A model generated the notes under the pieces. The model did not search any database, had not been told where the DNA came from, and was given only the letters and a program-made list of their open reading frames with translations. This document shows positions 9,860-17,891 of a stretch of 64,000 nucleotides of DNA, one piece after another. The position numbers and the translations under genes were made by a program. How positions within the stretch are numbered: position 1 is the stretch's first letter; each line of letters begins with the position of its first letter. Source of the DNA: Thermoanaerobaculia bacterium (GTDB lineage Bacteria > Acidobacteriota > Thermoanaerobaculia > UBA5066); assembly GCA_038245905.1 (NCBI GenBank), contig JBBRRY010000013.1, positions 20,898-84,897 on the forward strand, given 5' to 3'.

Positions 9860-10462
9860 ATGGGTAAAAGTGTTGCTCTCGGCTGCATCGTCCTGATCCT
9901 GGTCGGCGTCCTCGTAGTCGGCGGCATGGCGGCGGGCGCCTACAACAAGCTGAACGCCGCGGATCAGGCTGTCAGCGCGGGCTGGGCCCAGGTCGAAAAC
10001 GTCTATCAGCGGCGTGCCGATCTCATCCCGAACCTCGTCGAGACCGTCAAGGGAGCGGCGAATTTCGAGAAGGACACCCTGACCCAGGTCATCCAGGCGC
10101 GCGCTTCGGCCACGCAGGTCAAGCTCGACGCGAACTCCATCAAGGACCCGGCTGCCTTCGAGAAGTTTCAGAAGGCCCAGGACGCGCTCGGGAGCGCAAT
10201 CGGCCGCCTGCTCGTCAGCGTCGAGAAGTACCCGGAGCTGAAGGCGGTCCAGGGGTTCCGCGACCTGCAGGTGCAGCTCGAGGGGACAGAGAACCGCATT
10301 TCGGTCGAGCGCGGCCGGTTCAACGACATTTCGCAGGTGTATAACACGCTGCGCCGCTCGTTCCCGACCGTCATCGTCGCGAACTTCGCCGGCTTCAAGG
10401 ATCGTCCGTACTTCAAGGCCGCGGAGGGCTCCGAGAAGCCTCCCCCGGTCAAGTTCAACTGA
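9860..10462 (+). CDS. LemA family protein
   Basis: N-terminal TM; YQRRADLIPNLVETVKG, E.YPELKA and LEGTENRI motifs. Confidence 0.95.
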   Translation: MGKSVALGCIVLILVGVLVVGGMAAGAYNKLNAADQAVSAGWAQVENVYQRRADLIPNLVETVKGAANFEKDTLTQVIQARASATQVKLDANSIKDPAAFEKFQKAQDALGSAIGRLLVSVEKYPELKAVQGFRDLQVQLEGTENRISVERGRFNDISQVYNTLRRSFPTVIVANFAGFKDRPYFKAAEGSEKPPPVKFN

Positions 10463-10492
10463 GGCCGGCTCGCGGCGCTTTCGGATTCTTGA

Positions 10493-11251
10493 ATGAGTAG
10501 ACGCGGCGGGGGGCGGAAAGTCTTCTTCTTCGCTTTCCTCTTTCTCCTCGCCTCCGCCGCCGCCGCGGGGCCCGTGGTGCCGCCCGCGCCGACGCGGTTC
10601 GTGACGGACAAGGCAGGCGTGATCGCGCCGGACGTCGCCGCCGGGCTCGAGACCCGCCTTTTCGACTTCGAGAAGGAAACGTCGAACCAGTTCCTCGTCT
10701 ACACGGAGACCGCCGTTCCGGAGGGAACGACGCTCGAGGAATACACCGTCGCGTGCGCGCAGGCCTGGAAGGCCGGGCAGACGCAGCGGAAGAACGGGAT
10801 GATCCTGTTCGTCTTTCCCGGATCGCGGAAGGCGCGCCTCGAAGTGGGATACGGGCTCGAAGGCGCGATGCCCGATGCCCTCGCGCGTCGCGTCCTCGAC
10901 GAGCAGGTGCTCCCGCGGTTCCGGACGGGCGACTACTCCGGGGGGATTTCCTCGGGCGTCTCGTCTGCGATCGCGGCCACGAAGGGCGAGTACAAGGGGA
11001 CCGGACAGGCGCGCGGGCAGCGCCGCGAACGGACCCTTCCCGGTCCGCTTCTTCTCTCTCTCCTCTTTCTCTTTTTCTTCGTGATCGTTCCGGCGCTCCG
11101 GGGCCGTCGCCGCGGGTATTCCTACATCGGTGGCGGCGGCTGGGGCTCGGGGGGATTCGGCGGGTTCGGCGGCGGAGGAGGAGGAGGCGGCGGCGGCTTC
11201 TCGGGCGGAGGCGGCTCCTTCGGCGGCGGCGGCGCGAGCGGGGACTGGTGA
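10493..11251 (+). CDS. TPM-domain protein (YgcG-like) with Gly-rich tail
   Basis: VTD.AG.., EVGYGLEG..PD, TM segment and GGGSFGGGGASG.W C-terminus. Confidence 0.9.
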   Translation: MSRRGGGRKVFFFAFLFLLASAAAAGPVVPPAPTRFVTDKAGVIAPDVAAGLETRLFDFEKETSNQFLVYTETAVPEGTTLEEYTVACAQAWKAGQTQRKNGMILFVFPGSRKARLEVGYGLEGAMPDALARRVLDEQVLPRFRTGDYSGGISSGVSSAIAATKGEYKGTGQARGQRRERTLPGPLLLSLLFLFFFVIVPALRGRRRGYSYIGGGGWGSGGFGGFGGGGGGGGGGFSGGGGSFGGGGASGDW

Positions 11252-11254
11252 CGC

Positions 11255-11704
11255 ATGGTGAAGAGTGAGAAGGCGAAGTCGTTCTTCGACGGCCTCGATC
11301 GCCCGGCGATCGTCGCGGCCATCAGTCGGGCTGAGGCGAAGGGTCTCGGAGAGATCCGCGTCCACCTGCATCACGGCGCCGTGAACGACGCGCGGGAGGA
11401 AGCGGAGAAGACCTTCCTGAAACTCGGAATGGACAAGACGATCCGGGGAAGCGGATGCCTCGTCTTCATCGCCCCGGAGTCACGAGCTTTCGCCGTGATC
11501 GGCGGCACGGGAATCCACGAAAAGGTTGGAGACGCGTTCTGGGCCGAGGCGCGGGATGCGGCTCGAGCCCGCTTCGCCGAGGGGAAGTTCACGGAGGGGA
11601 TCGTCGCGGCAGTGGACAAGCTCGGCGACGCGCTGGCCCTCTTCTTCCCGAACACGGGGCCAAAGGACACGAACGAGCTGCCGGACGAGGTCAGCGAGGA
11701 CTGA
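11255..11704 (+). CDS. TPM-domain protein (small, LemA-associated)
   Basis: AI..AE....GEIRVH, F..LGM.KT, GIHEKVG..FW and NELPDEV motifs. Confidence 0.88.
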   Translation: MVKSEKAKSFFDGLDRPAIVAAISRAEAKGLGEIRVHLHHGAVNDAREEAEKTFLKLGMDKTIRGSGCLVFIAPESRAFAVIGGTGIHEKVGDAFWAEARDAARARFAEGKFTEGIVAAVDKLGDALALFFPNTGPKDTNELPDEVSED

Positions 11705-11711
11705 CGCCGCT

Positions 11712-11740
11712 TTGACAGCCGTGTCCCGGTCTGGTATTTT
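11712..11740 (+). promoter_or_regulatory. Sigma-70-type promoter of the rplU operon
   Basis: TTGACA, 17 nt, TATTTT upstream of rplU. Confidence 0.7.
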
Positions 11741-11776
11741 CGTCGGCCGTTTTGCTCGGGAAGTTGAGGTAAAGCC

Positions 11777-12097
11777 ATGTACGCAGTTATCCGGACGGGG
11801 GGCAAGCAGGTACGCGTCGCCGAGGGCGACGTCGTGCGTGTCGAGCGCCTCACGAAAGAGACCCTCGAGAAGGGCGCGGAGGTGTCTCTGACCGAAGTCC
11901 TCGCCATCGGCAAGGACGACGGCCTCCACCTCGGCTCCCCGCTCGTCGCGGGCGCGAAAGTGACGGGCGTCGTCGTCCGCGAGACGCGCGGGCCGAAGCT
12001 TCTCGTCTACAAGAAGAAGCGCCGGAAGGGTTTCCAGCGCACTCACGGACATCGCCAGGATCTCGTCGAGATTCGCATCGCGTCCATCACGGTCTGA
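11777..12097 (+). CDS. rplU: 50S ribosomal protein L21
   Basis: MYAVIRTGGKQ..V.EGD; KKKRRK....GHRQ. Confidence 0.97.
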   Translation: MYAVIRTGGKQVRVAEGDVVRVERLTKETLEKGAEVSLTEVLAIGKDDGLHLGSPLVAGAKVTGVVVRETRGPKLLVYKKKRRKGFQRTHGHRQDLVEIRIASITV

Positions 12098-12118
12098 TCA
12101 GGCGGAGACGAAAACAAA

Positions 12119-12391
12119 ATGGCACACAAAAAAGGTCAGGGTTCGTCCCGCAACGGGCGCGACAGCAACAGCCAGCGCCTCGGCGTGAAGCGTTTTGCCG
12201 GTCAGCTCGTGTCGGGCGGTTCGATCCTCGTCCGGCAGCGCGGCACGCCCCTGAAGCCGGGACTGAACGTCGGCCGCGCCAAGGACGATTCCCTGTTCGC
12301 GAAGGTCGACGGGATCGTGAACTTCCACGACAAGGGCCGGCTCGGCCGCTACGTCTCGATCACCCCCGCGGCCCTCGTCGCCGAAAAGTAA
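12119..12391 (+). CDS. rpmA: 50S ribosomal protein L27
   Basis: [22 protein letters not shown]; ILVRQRG. Confidence 0.98.
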   Translation: MAHKKGQGSSRNGRDSNSQRLGVKRFAGQLVSGGSILVRQRGTPLKPGLNVGRAKDDSLFAKVDGIVNFHDKGRLGRYVSITPAALVAEK

Positions 12392-12400
12392 GCCGCTCTT

Positions 12401-13468
12401 TTGTTCATCGACGAAGCGGTCATCCACGTCGCCGGGGGCGACGGTGGTAATGGCTGTGTCGCCATGCGGCGCGAGAAGTTCGTCCCACGGGGCGGGCCCT
12501 CGGGCGGGGACGGTGGAGACGGCGGCAGCGTCACGCTCGTCGCGGACCGCGGACTCAACACGCTCTATCCGTTCCGTTTCCAGAGGCGTTTCCCCGCGGG
12601 CCGGGGAGGCCACGGGAAGGGCAACAACCGCCACGGAAAAAATGGGGCGGATCTCCCGGTCTCGGTGCCCGTCGGAACGGTCGTGCGCGTCCGCGACACG
12701 GGGGAGATCCTCGGCGACCTCGTCGAGGAGGGACAGACGCTGCTCGTGGCCCCCGGTGGAAAAGGCGGAAAGGGAAACGCACGCTTCGCGACGTCGACGA
12801 ATCGCACGCCGCGGCGCGCGGATCCGGGCGGCGAGGGCGTCCAGCTCGAGCTCGCGCTCGAGCTGAAGCTTCTCGCGGACGTGGCCCTCGTCGGGCTGCC
12901 GAATGCGGGCAAGTCGACACTCATCGCCGCGATCTCGGCCGCTCGCCCGAAGATCGCCGATTACCCCTTTACGACACTCGTGCCGAATCTCGGGGTCGTC
13001 TCGTGGGAGCGGTTCCGGACGTTCGTCGCGGCGGACGTGCCGGGCCTCATCGAGGGCGCCCACGAAGGCCACGGCCTCGGAATCCGGTTCCTGAAGCATG
13101 TCGAAAGGTCGCGCCTCCTCGTCCACCTCGTGGACGCCGCGGCGCTCGACGCGGACGACACCGAGCAGAACGCGGAAGCGACGATCGCGACGATCGAGCA
13201 CGAGCTCCAGTCCTTCCAGCCCGAGCTCGCGGAGCGCGAACGCGTCCTCGTGGCCACGAAGGAGGACGCGGCAACACCGGACCAGGTCGATGCGGTCCGT
13301 GCCGCCGCGAAGCGCCGGGGCCTCGCCTTCTTCGCGATTTCGGCCGCGGCGCGCCACGGGCTCGACGCCCTCGTCCCGCATCTCGGCACGCGGCTCGACG
13401 CGCTCGCGGCGTCCGCGGTGTCCACCGCGCCCGCCGTTCCCGCCTCGTCCACGCCGGTCGCGTCCTGA
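12401..13468 (+). CDS. obgE: GTPase ObgE
   Basis: Gly-rich Obg domain (REKFVPRGGP.GGDGG), GLPNAGKST, DYPFTTL and DVPGLIEGA; TTG start. Confidence 0.96.
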   Translation: MFIDEAVIHVAGGDGGNGCVAMRREKFVPRGGPSGGDGGDGGSVTLVADRGLNTLYPFRFQRRFPAGRGGHGKGNNRHGKNGADLPVSVPVGTVVRVRDTGEILGDLVEEGQTLLVAPGGKGGKGNARFATSTNRTPRRADPGGEGVQLELALELKLLADVALVGLPNAGKSTLIAAISAARPKIADYPFTTLVPNLGVVSWERFRTFVAADVPGLIEGAHEGHGLGIRFLKHVERSRLLVHLVDAAALDADDTEQNAEATIATIEHELQSFQPELAERERVLVATKEDAATPDQVDAVRAAAKRRGLAFFAISAAARHGLDALVPHLGTRLDALAASAVSTAPAVPASSTPVAS

Positions 13469-13470
13469 AC

Positions 13471-14079
13471 ATGCGCATCGGCGTTTACGGGGGCTCGTTC
13501 GATCCGGTGCACTACGGGCATCTCGTGCCCGTCGAGGAGGCGCGGCAGAGGCTTCTGCTCGACGAAATCCTCTTCGTGCCGGCGTTCCAACCGCCGCACA
13601 AGCCGTCCGGAACGTCGGCCCCGTCTCACCATCGCTTCGCGATGCTCGCGCTCGCGCTGGAGACGTATCCCGCCTTCCGCCTGACCGACTTCGAAGTCGC
13701 GCGCGGCGGGACCACGTACACGATCGAGACCCTCCGGCACCTGCGCGCGGCGCGGGCCGACGCCGAGTTCGTGCTCGTGCTCGGGTCCGACTCTCTCGCC
13801 GCGATCACGACGTGGCGCTCGTGGCAGGAGATTCTCGACGAGTTCCCGCTCGCCGTCGTCGAGCGGGAGGGCTTTCCGGCCGGAGTGCTCGCGCGCGAGC
13901 TGCCGCAGGCGATCTCCGGCCGGTTCGGCGAGTCGATTTTCTTCGCGGGCAACGCACCGGTTACAATTTCGTCCACGTGGTTAAGGCGCGCCATCCCAGC
14001 GGGAGAGGACCTGAGCGGAAGTCTCCCGGCGAACGTCGCCGCGTATCTCCGAAGGCACGCCCTGTACCGGGTCCCGTAA
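13471..14079 (+). CDS. nadD: Nicotinate-nucleotide adenylyltransferase
   Basis: GGSFDPVHYGH, PPHK, YTIETL, GSDS...W..W and ISST motifs. Confidence 0.93.
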   Translation: MRIGVYGGSFDPVHYGHLVPVEEARQRLLLDEILFVPAFQPPHKPSGTSAPSHHRFAMLALALETYPAFRLTDFEVARGGTTYTIETLRHLRAARADAEFVLVLGSDSLAAITTWRSWQEILDEFPLAVVEREGFPAGVLARELPQAISGRFGESIFFAGNAPVTISSTWLRRAIPAGEDLSGSLPANVAAYLRRHALYRVP

Positions 14080-14585
14080 AGCACGCCGTTCCACAGGTCG
14101 GACCCATCGACGACCTCATCGAGGCGACGCTGCAGCGGACGGGGGCGCGATCCGGAGCACGGGCCGCGGCCGCGGCCGCCGCGGCGTCCCAGGACGCGCC
14201 CGAGAAGTCCCGTGCTTCCGCCGACCCGGCAATCGACGAGCGCCTGACCGAACAGCTCAAGAAGGGTGTGGCCGCGCTGCTCGACAAGAAGGCCGAAAAG
14301 CTGGTCGTCCTGAACCTGCAGGGCCTCACGACGATCTCCGACTACTTCGTCCTCGCCACGGCGGGGAGTGACCGGCAAGCCCAGGCTCTTTCCGACGCCG
14401 TCGAGCTGGCCCTCAAGGCCGTGGGCCGCAGGCCGCTCTCGATCGAGGGCTACTCCTCAGCGACCTGGATCCTCCTCGACTACGGCGACGTGGTGTTCCA
14501 CGTCTTCCACGACGAGGCGCGCCGCTTCTACGGCCTCGAGAGGCTGTGGGGAGACGCTCCGGACGCCACGGCGGCGTTCCGCTAA
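14076..14585 (+). CDS. rsfS: Ribosome silencing factor (start uncertain; first GTG at 14268)
   Basis: DKKAE.L..L, SDYFVLAT..S.RQ..A, WILLDYGDVV.HVF and R.FYGLERLWGDA motifs; follows nadD. Confidence 0.88.
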   Translation, partial: VKHAVPQVGPIDDLIEATLQRTGARSGARAAAAAAAASQDAPEKSRASADPAIDERLTEQLKKGVAALLDKKAEKLVVLNLQGLTTISDYFVLATAGSDRQAQALSDAVELALKAVGRRPLSIEGYSSATWILLDYGDVVFHVFHDEARRFYGLERLWGDAPDATAAFR

Positions 14586-14593
14586 GGTATCGC

Positions 14594-15532
14594 GTGGCGG
14601 GACGTGCCGCGTCGTCCGCCCTCTTCGTGACGCGCCACCGCGGCCTCAGGGAGCAGCTCAGGCGGCTCCAACGCGCGGTCGACTCGGCCAACACGGTTCT
14701 CCTCCTCGGAGCGCCTGGCACGGGGAAGGACCGGCTCGCGCGCCTCCTGCACGAGCGCTCGACGCGCGCCGGAGAGCCTTTCGTGCGCGTGGATCTCGCG
14801 GCCGTATCGGACGATCTCTTCGAGAGCGAGCTCTTCGGGCACGAGCGCGGCGCGTTCACGGGCGCCGTCTCGGGCAAGCCCGGCCTCCTCGAAGGCGCCG
14901 GCGAGGGCACGCTCTACCTCGACCGGGTCGACGCGCTGTCGCTCCGGGCCCAGGGAAAGCTCCTTCGCGTCGTCGAGGAGCGTCTCGTGCGTCGCGTCGG
15001 AGGCACCCGTCTCCTGCCGCTCAAGGCGCGCCTCGTGGCCTCGGCCGGTCCCGACCTGCCGCGTCAGGCGCGCGCGGGGACGTTCCGGGAGGATCTCTAC
15101 TACCGGCTCGCGGTCGTCACGGTGAGCCTGCCTCCGCTGGTCGAGCGCCGCGAGGACCTTCTTTCCGCGGCGCGTTCTCTCGCGAAAGCCGGCGGCGGCC
15201 CGGCCGTGTTCACGGCGGCCGCACGGCGCGTGATCCTGGGGCACGCCTGGCGCGGCAACTTCCGCGAACTCGAGAACGTCGTTCGAAGAGCCGCGAACGA
15301 AGCGCTCGCGGACAGGGCTGGCGCGATCGACGCCGCGCACCTGAAGCTCGCCGGTCCGTCGGACCCCGAGGCGCTTCTTCACGCGGCCGCGCACGCGCGC
15401 TGGTCGCTCCGGCAGCTCACGGGCGCCTACATCTCCCTCATCCTGGACGAGGCGGGTGGAAACGTGGCGGAGGCGGCGCGCCGCCTCGGGGTGGCCCGCA
15501 AGACGCTCTACGCGCGACGGACGCGCTCGTGA
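14594..15532 (+). CDS. Sigma-54-interacting AAA+ protein with Fis-type HTH, no N-terminal sensor domain
   Basis: GAPGTGKD, ESELFGHERGAFTGA, FREDLYYRL, W.GN.RELEN and C-terminal GNV.EAARRLGV.RKTLY. Confidence 0.85.
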   Translation: MAGRAASSALFVTRHRGLREQLRRLQRAVDSANTVLLLGAPGTGKDRLARLLHERSTRAGEPFVRVDLAAVSDDLFESELFGHERGAFTGAVSGKPGLLEGAGEGTLYLDRVDALSLRAQGKLLRVVEERLVRRVGGTRLLPLKARLVASAGPDLPRQARAGTFREDLYYRLAVVTVSLPPLVERREDLLSAARSLAKAGGGPAVFTAAARRVILGHAWRGNFRELENVVRRAANEALADRAGAIDAAHLKLAGPSDPEALLHAAAHARWSLRQLTGAYISLILDEAGGNVAEAARRLGVARKTLYARRTRS

Positions 15533-15999
15533 GAATCCGGTTTCTCTTCGTCGGTAAGAGCGACGAGGCCGAATACGCCCGGGGGATCGAGCGCTACGTC
15601 GCGCGGATCGGCCGCTTCGCCGCGTGCGACGTCGTCGTCGTCAAGGACGAAAAGCCGGGCCCGAAACCCGACGCCGCCCGCATTCGCGCAAAGGAGGCGG
15701 AGCGCATCCTCGCGGCTCTTTCGCCGCGCGATCTCCTCGTGCTCGTAGACGAGAAGGGCAAGGAGAAAACGAGCGCGGAATTCGCGGTCGACCTCCGCTC
15801 CTGGCTCGACGCGTCTCCCTCGGCGGTGGTCTTCGCCGTGGGCGGGGCGTTCGGTCTGGACCCCGTCTTGCGCCCTCGGGCGCGTGCTATCCTCCCGCTT
15901 TCCCGGATGACCCTGCCTCATCAGCTGGCTCGGTTGTTCCTGACGGAACAGGTTTACCGGGCGACCGCGGCGCATTCCGGCGTCGCCTATTCCAAGTGA
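15529..15999 (+). CDS. rlmH: 23S rRNA (pseudouridine1915-N3)-methyltransferase
   Basis: DEKGK..S.EFA, F.VGGAFG and LSRMTLPHQLARL.L.EQ.YRA SPOUT motifs. Confidence 0.92.
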   Translation: MRIRFLFVGKSDEAEYARGIERYVARIGRFAACDVVVVKDEKPGPKPDAARIRAKEAERILAALSPRDLLVLVDEKGKEKTSAEFAVDLRSWLDASPSAVVFAVGGAFGLDPVLRPRARAILPLSRMTLPHQLARLFLTEQVYRATAAHSGVAYSK

Positions 16000-16019
16000 C
16001 CTCGAGGGAGACGACCAGC

Positions 16020-16409
16020 ATGTCACCTAAAGCCGCCGCGATGCCCTCCAAGTCCCTGAAGAAGGAAGCCGGCGACAAGGTCAGGAAGCGTCTCCTCGCC
16101 AAGCGCGACGAGCTCGTTCAGGATCTCGCGAAGAACCGTCAAGTCTCCGACGAGACGATTGAAGAGTCGGCGCAGGACATGGCCGACCGCGCGACGTCCG
16201 CTTACACGAAAGAGTTTGCGTATTCGCTCTCCGAGAGCGAACGCAAGATCCTGCTTCTCATCGAGGAAGCGCTCGGGCGGCTCGAGACCGGGACCTATGG
16301 GACCTGCGTTCACTGCTCCCAGGTCGTCCAGGAGAAGCGTATCGAGGCGGTTCCCTGGGCGCGCCACTGCCTGGACTGCCAGGAACTTCAGGACAAGGGG
16401 CTGCTCTAG
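16020..16409 (+). CDS. TraR/DksA family C4 zinc-finger protein
   Basis: D.ADRA coiled-coil tip; GTYGTCVHC...RIEAVPWARHCLDCQE. Confidence 0.9.
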   Translation: MSPKAAAMPSKSLKKEAGDKVRKRLLAKRDELVQDLAKNRQVSDETIEESAQDMADRATSAYTKEFAYSLSESERKILLLIEEALGRLETGTYGTCVHCSQVVQEKRIEAVPWARHCLDCQELQDKGLL

Positions 16410-16435
16410 CCCCCTCTCCCGCATAGTATTGAAAG

Positions 16436-17881
16436 GTGACACGTCCCGATCCCTTCGCGGCTCTCGCGCCGCTCCTCGCGTCGGCGCGGACGACGCCTCT
16501 CCACCCGATCCTCTTCCTGTCCGGAGACGACGACTGGATCGTGGTCGAGGGCGCGCGCCGCGTGACGGCGGCATTCCAGGAAGCCTTCCCGGAGGGAGAG
16601 GTCTCGACGTACGAGGCGACGGGCGAAGGCGTGAAGGAAGCCGTGGCGGACGCCGCCACCGTCGCGCTCTTCTCGACGAACCGGCTCGTGGTTCTCGAAG
16701 CGACGGAGCTGTTCCGCGGCAAGGGCCTCACGGCGGAAGAGGTCGATGCGCTCCTCGACGAAGCCGACGAGGCGCGGGACGACGCGCGCGTCCGCGCGCG
16801 CCTCGCGCGTAAGGCGCACGCGCTCGCCGGGGCGGCCGGCGTCGCCGTCGGCGACGATCCCGAAGACGCCGCGCGCCGAATCGCCGGCCGGGTGAAGAGG
16901 GCGGATCGGGCCGGGGAGCTTGCCGCGCTTCTCGCCCTCCTCCCCGCGCCGGAGGAAGGCGCCGAGACGGCGCTCGACCGGCTCCTGGACTTCGCCGTGC
17001 GCGCGGGCGCGTCCGACAACGTCCTTCTCGTTCATGCGATCACGCCCGACGCGCAGCACCGCGCGACACAGGGCCTGAGACGCGCGGCGCGTACCGCGGA
17101 CCTGTCGGTGCCCGACGAACCCGCGCGGCGCGCGCGCCTCGCCGCGCTCGGTCTCGAACGGGCCATCGATCGCAAGGCGCTCGTCGAGTCCGAGGTCTTC
17201 GAGCTTCTCTCGGGCCGGGGCCGGCTCGCCGCGCGGCCCTTTCTCTCGGACCTCGACCGCCTCATCGACTCCGCTGCCGGGCCGCGCGTGACCGCCGAAG
17301 AGGCCGCGCGACAGGTCGCCGACGAGAGCCGCGAATACGGATCGGACTTCGTCGAGGCCGTCGCGAAGCGCGACCTTGGAGAGGCGCTGCGCCTCCTCGC
17401 GAAGCTCCTCTCGGGAGCCAGCTTCACGGCGTTCCGCCCGTGGGGCGGCAAGGAGGACACGCCCTCGGCGAAGAAGGGGCCGCGCGGCGAGGCCGCGTTT
17501 TTCCCGCTCCTCGGCCTCCTCGCGGCCGAGATCAGGAGGATGCTCGCGCTGCGCGCGGCCCTGGACGAACGGGCGACGCCTTCCTCTTCGTCTCAAGCGC
17601 CGCGCCGCGCGGATTACCGCGGATTCGTGGATCGCATTCTCCCGGTTCTGAAGGCCGTCCGCCCCGGTTTCCCGCCGCTGCCTCTCGACGCCCACCCGTT
17701 CGTTCTCCACAAGGCCTACCTCGCGGCCCTCGGCTGGACGGCGGACGACCTCAAGGGCGCGCTCATGGGGCTGGAGGCGATCGACCGGGGCGTGAAGAGC
17801 GGGGCGGGCACGGGCCCCGAGCTTCTCGAGACCTGGCTTCTCTCCCAGCTCCACTCTCTCGGGCGGACGGCGACAGGCTAA
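16436..17881 (+). CDS. DNA polymerase III delta subunit (HolA)-like protein
   Basis: LFLSGDD, LFS..RLVVL N-terminus; HPFV..K and D..VKSG....LLE C-terminus; long insertions. Confidence 0.55.
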   Translation: MTRPDPFAALAPLLASARTTPLHPILFLSGDDDWIVVEGARRVTAAFQEAFPEGEVSTYEATGEGVKEAVADAATVALFSTNRLVVLEATELFRGKGLTAEEVDALLDEADEARDDARVRARLARKAHALAGAAGVAVGDDPEDAARRIAGRVKRADRAGELAALLALLPAPEEGAETALDRLLDFAVRAGASDNVLLVHAITPDAQHRATQGLRRAARTADLSVPDEPARRARLAALGLERAIDRKALVESEVFELLSGRGRLAARPFLSDLDRLIDSAAGPRVTAEEAARQVADESREYGSDFVEAVAKRDLGEALRLLAKLLSGASFTAFRPWGGKEDTPSAKKGPRGEAAFFPLLGLLAAEIRRMLALRAALDERATPSSSSQAPRRADYRGFVDRILPVLKAVRPGFPPLPLDAHPFVLHKAYLAALGWTADDLKGALMGLEAIDRGVKSGAGTGPELLETWLLSQLHSLGRTATG

Positions 17882-17891
17882 GATCTCCTTC

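Noticed and set aside
11128-11248. GGC/GGA-rich repeat tract
   Set aside because: Encodes the usual Gly-rich tail of TPM-domain proteins; not a separate repeat element.
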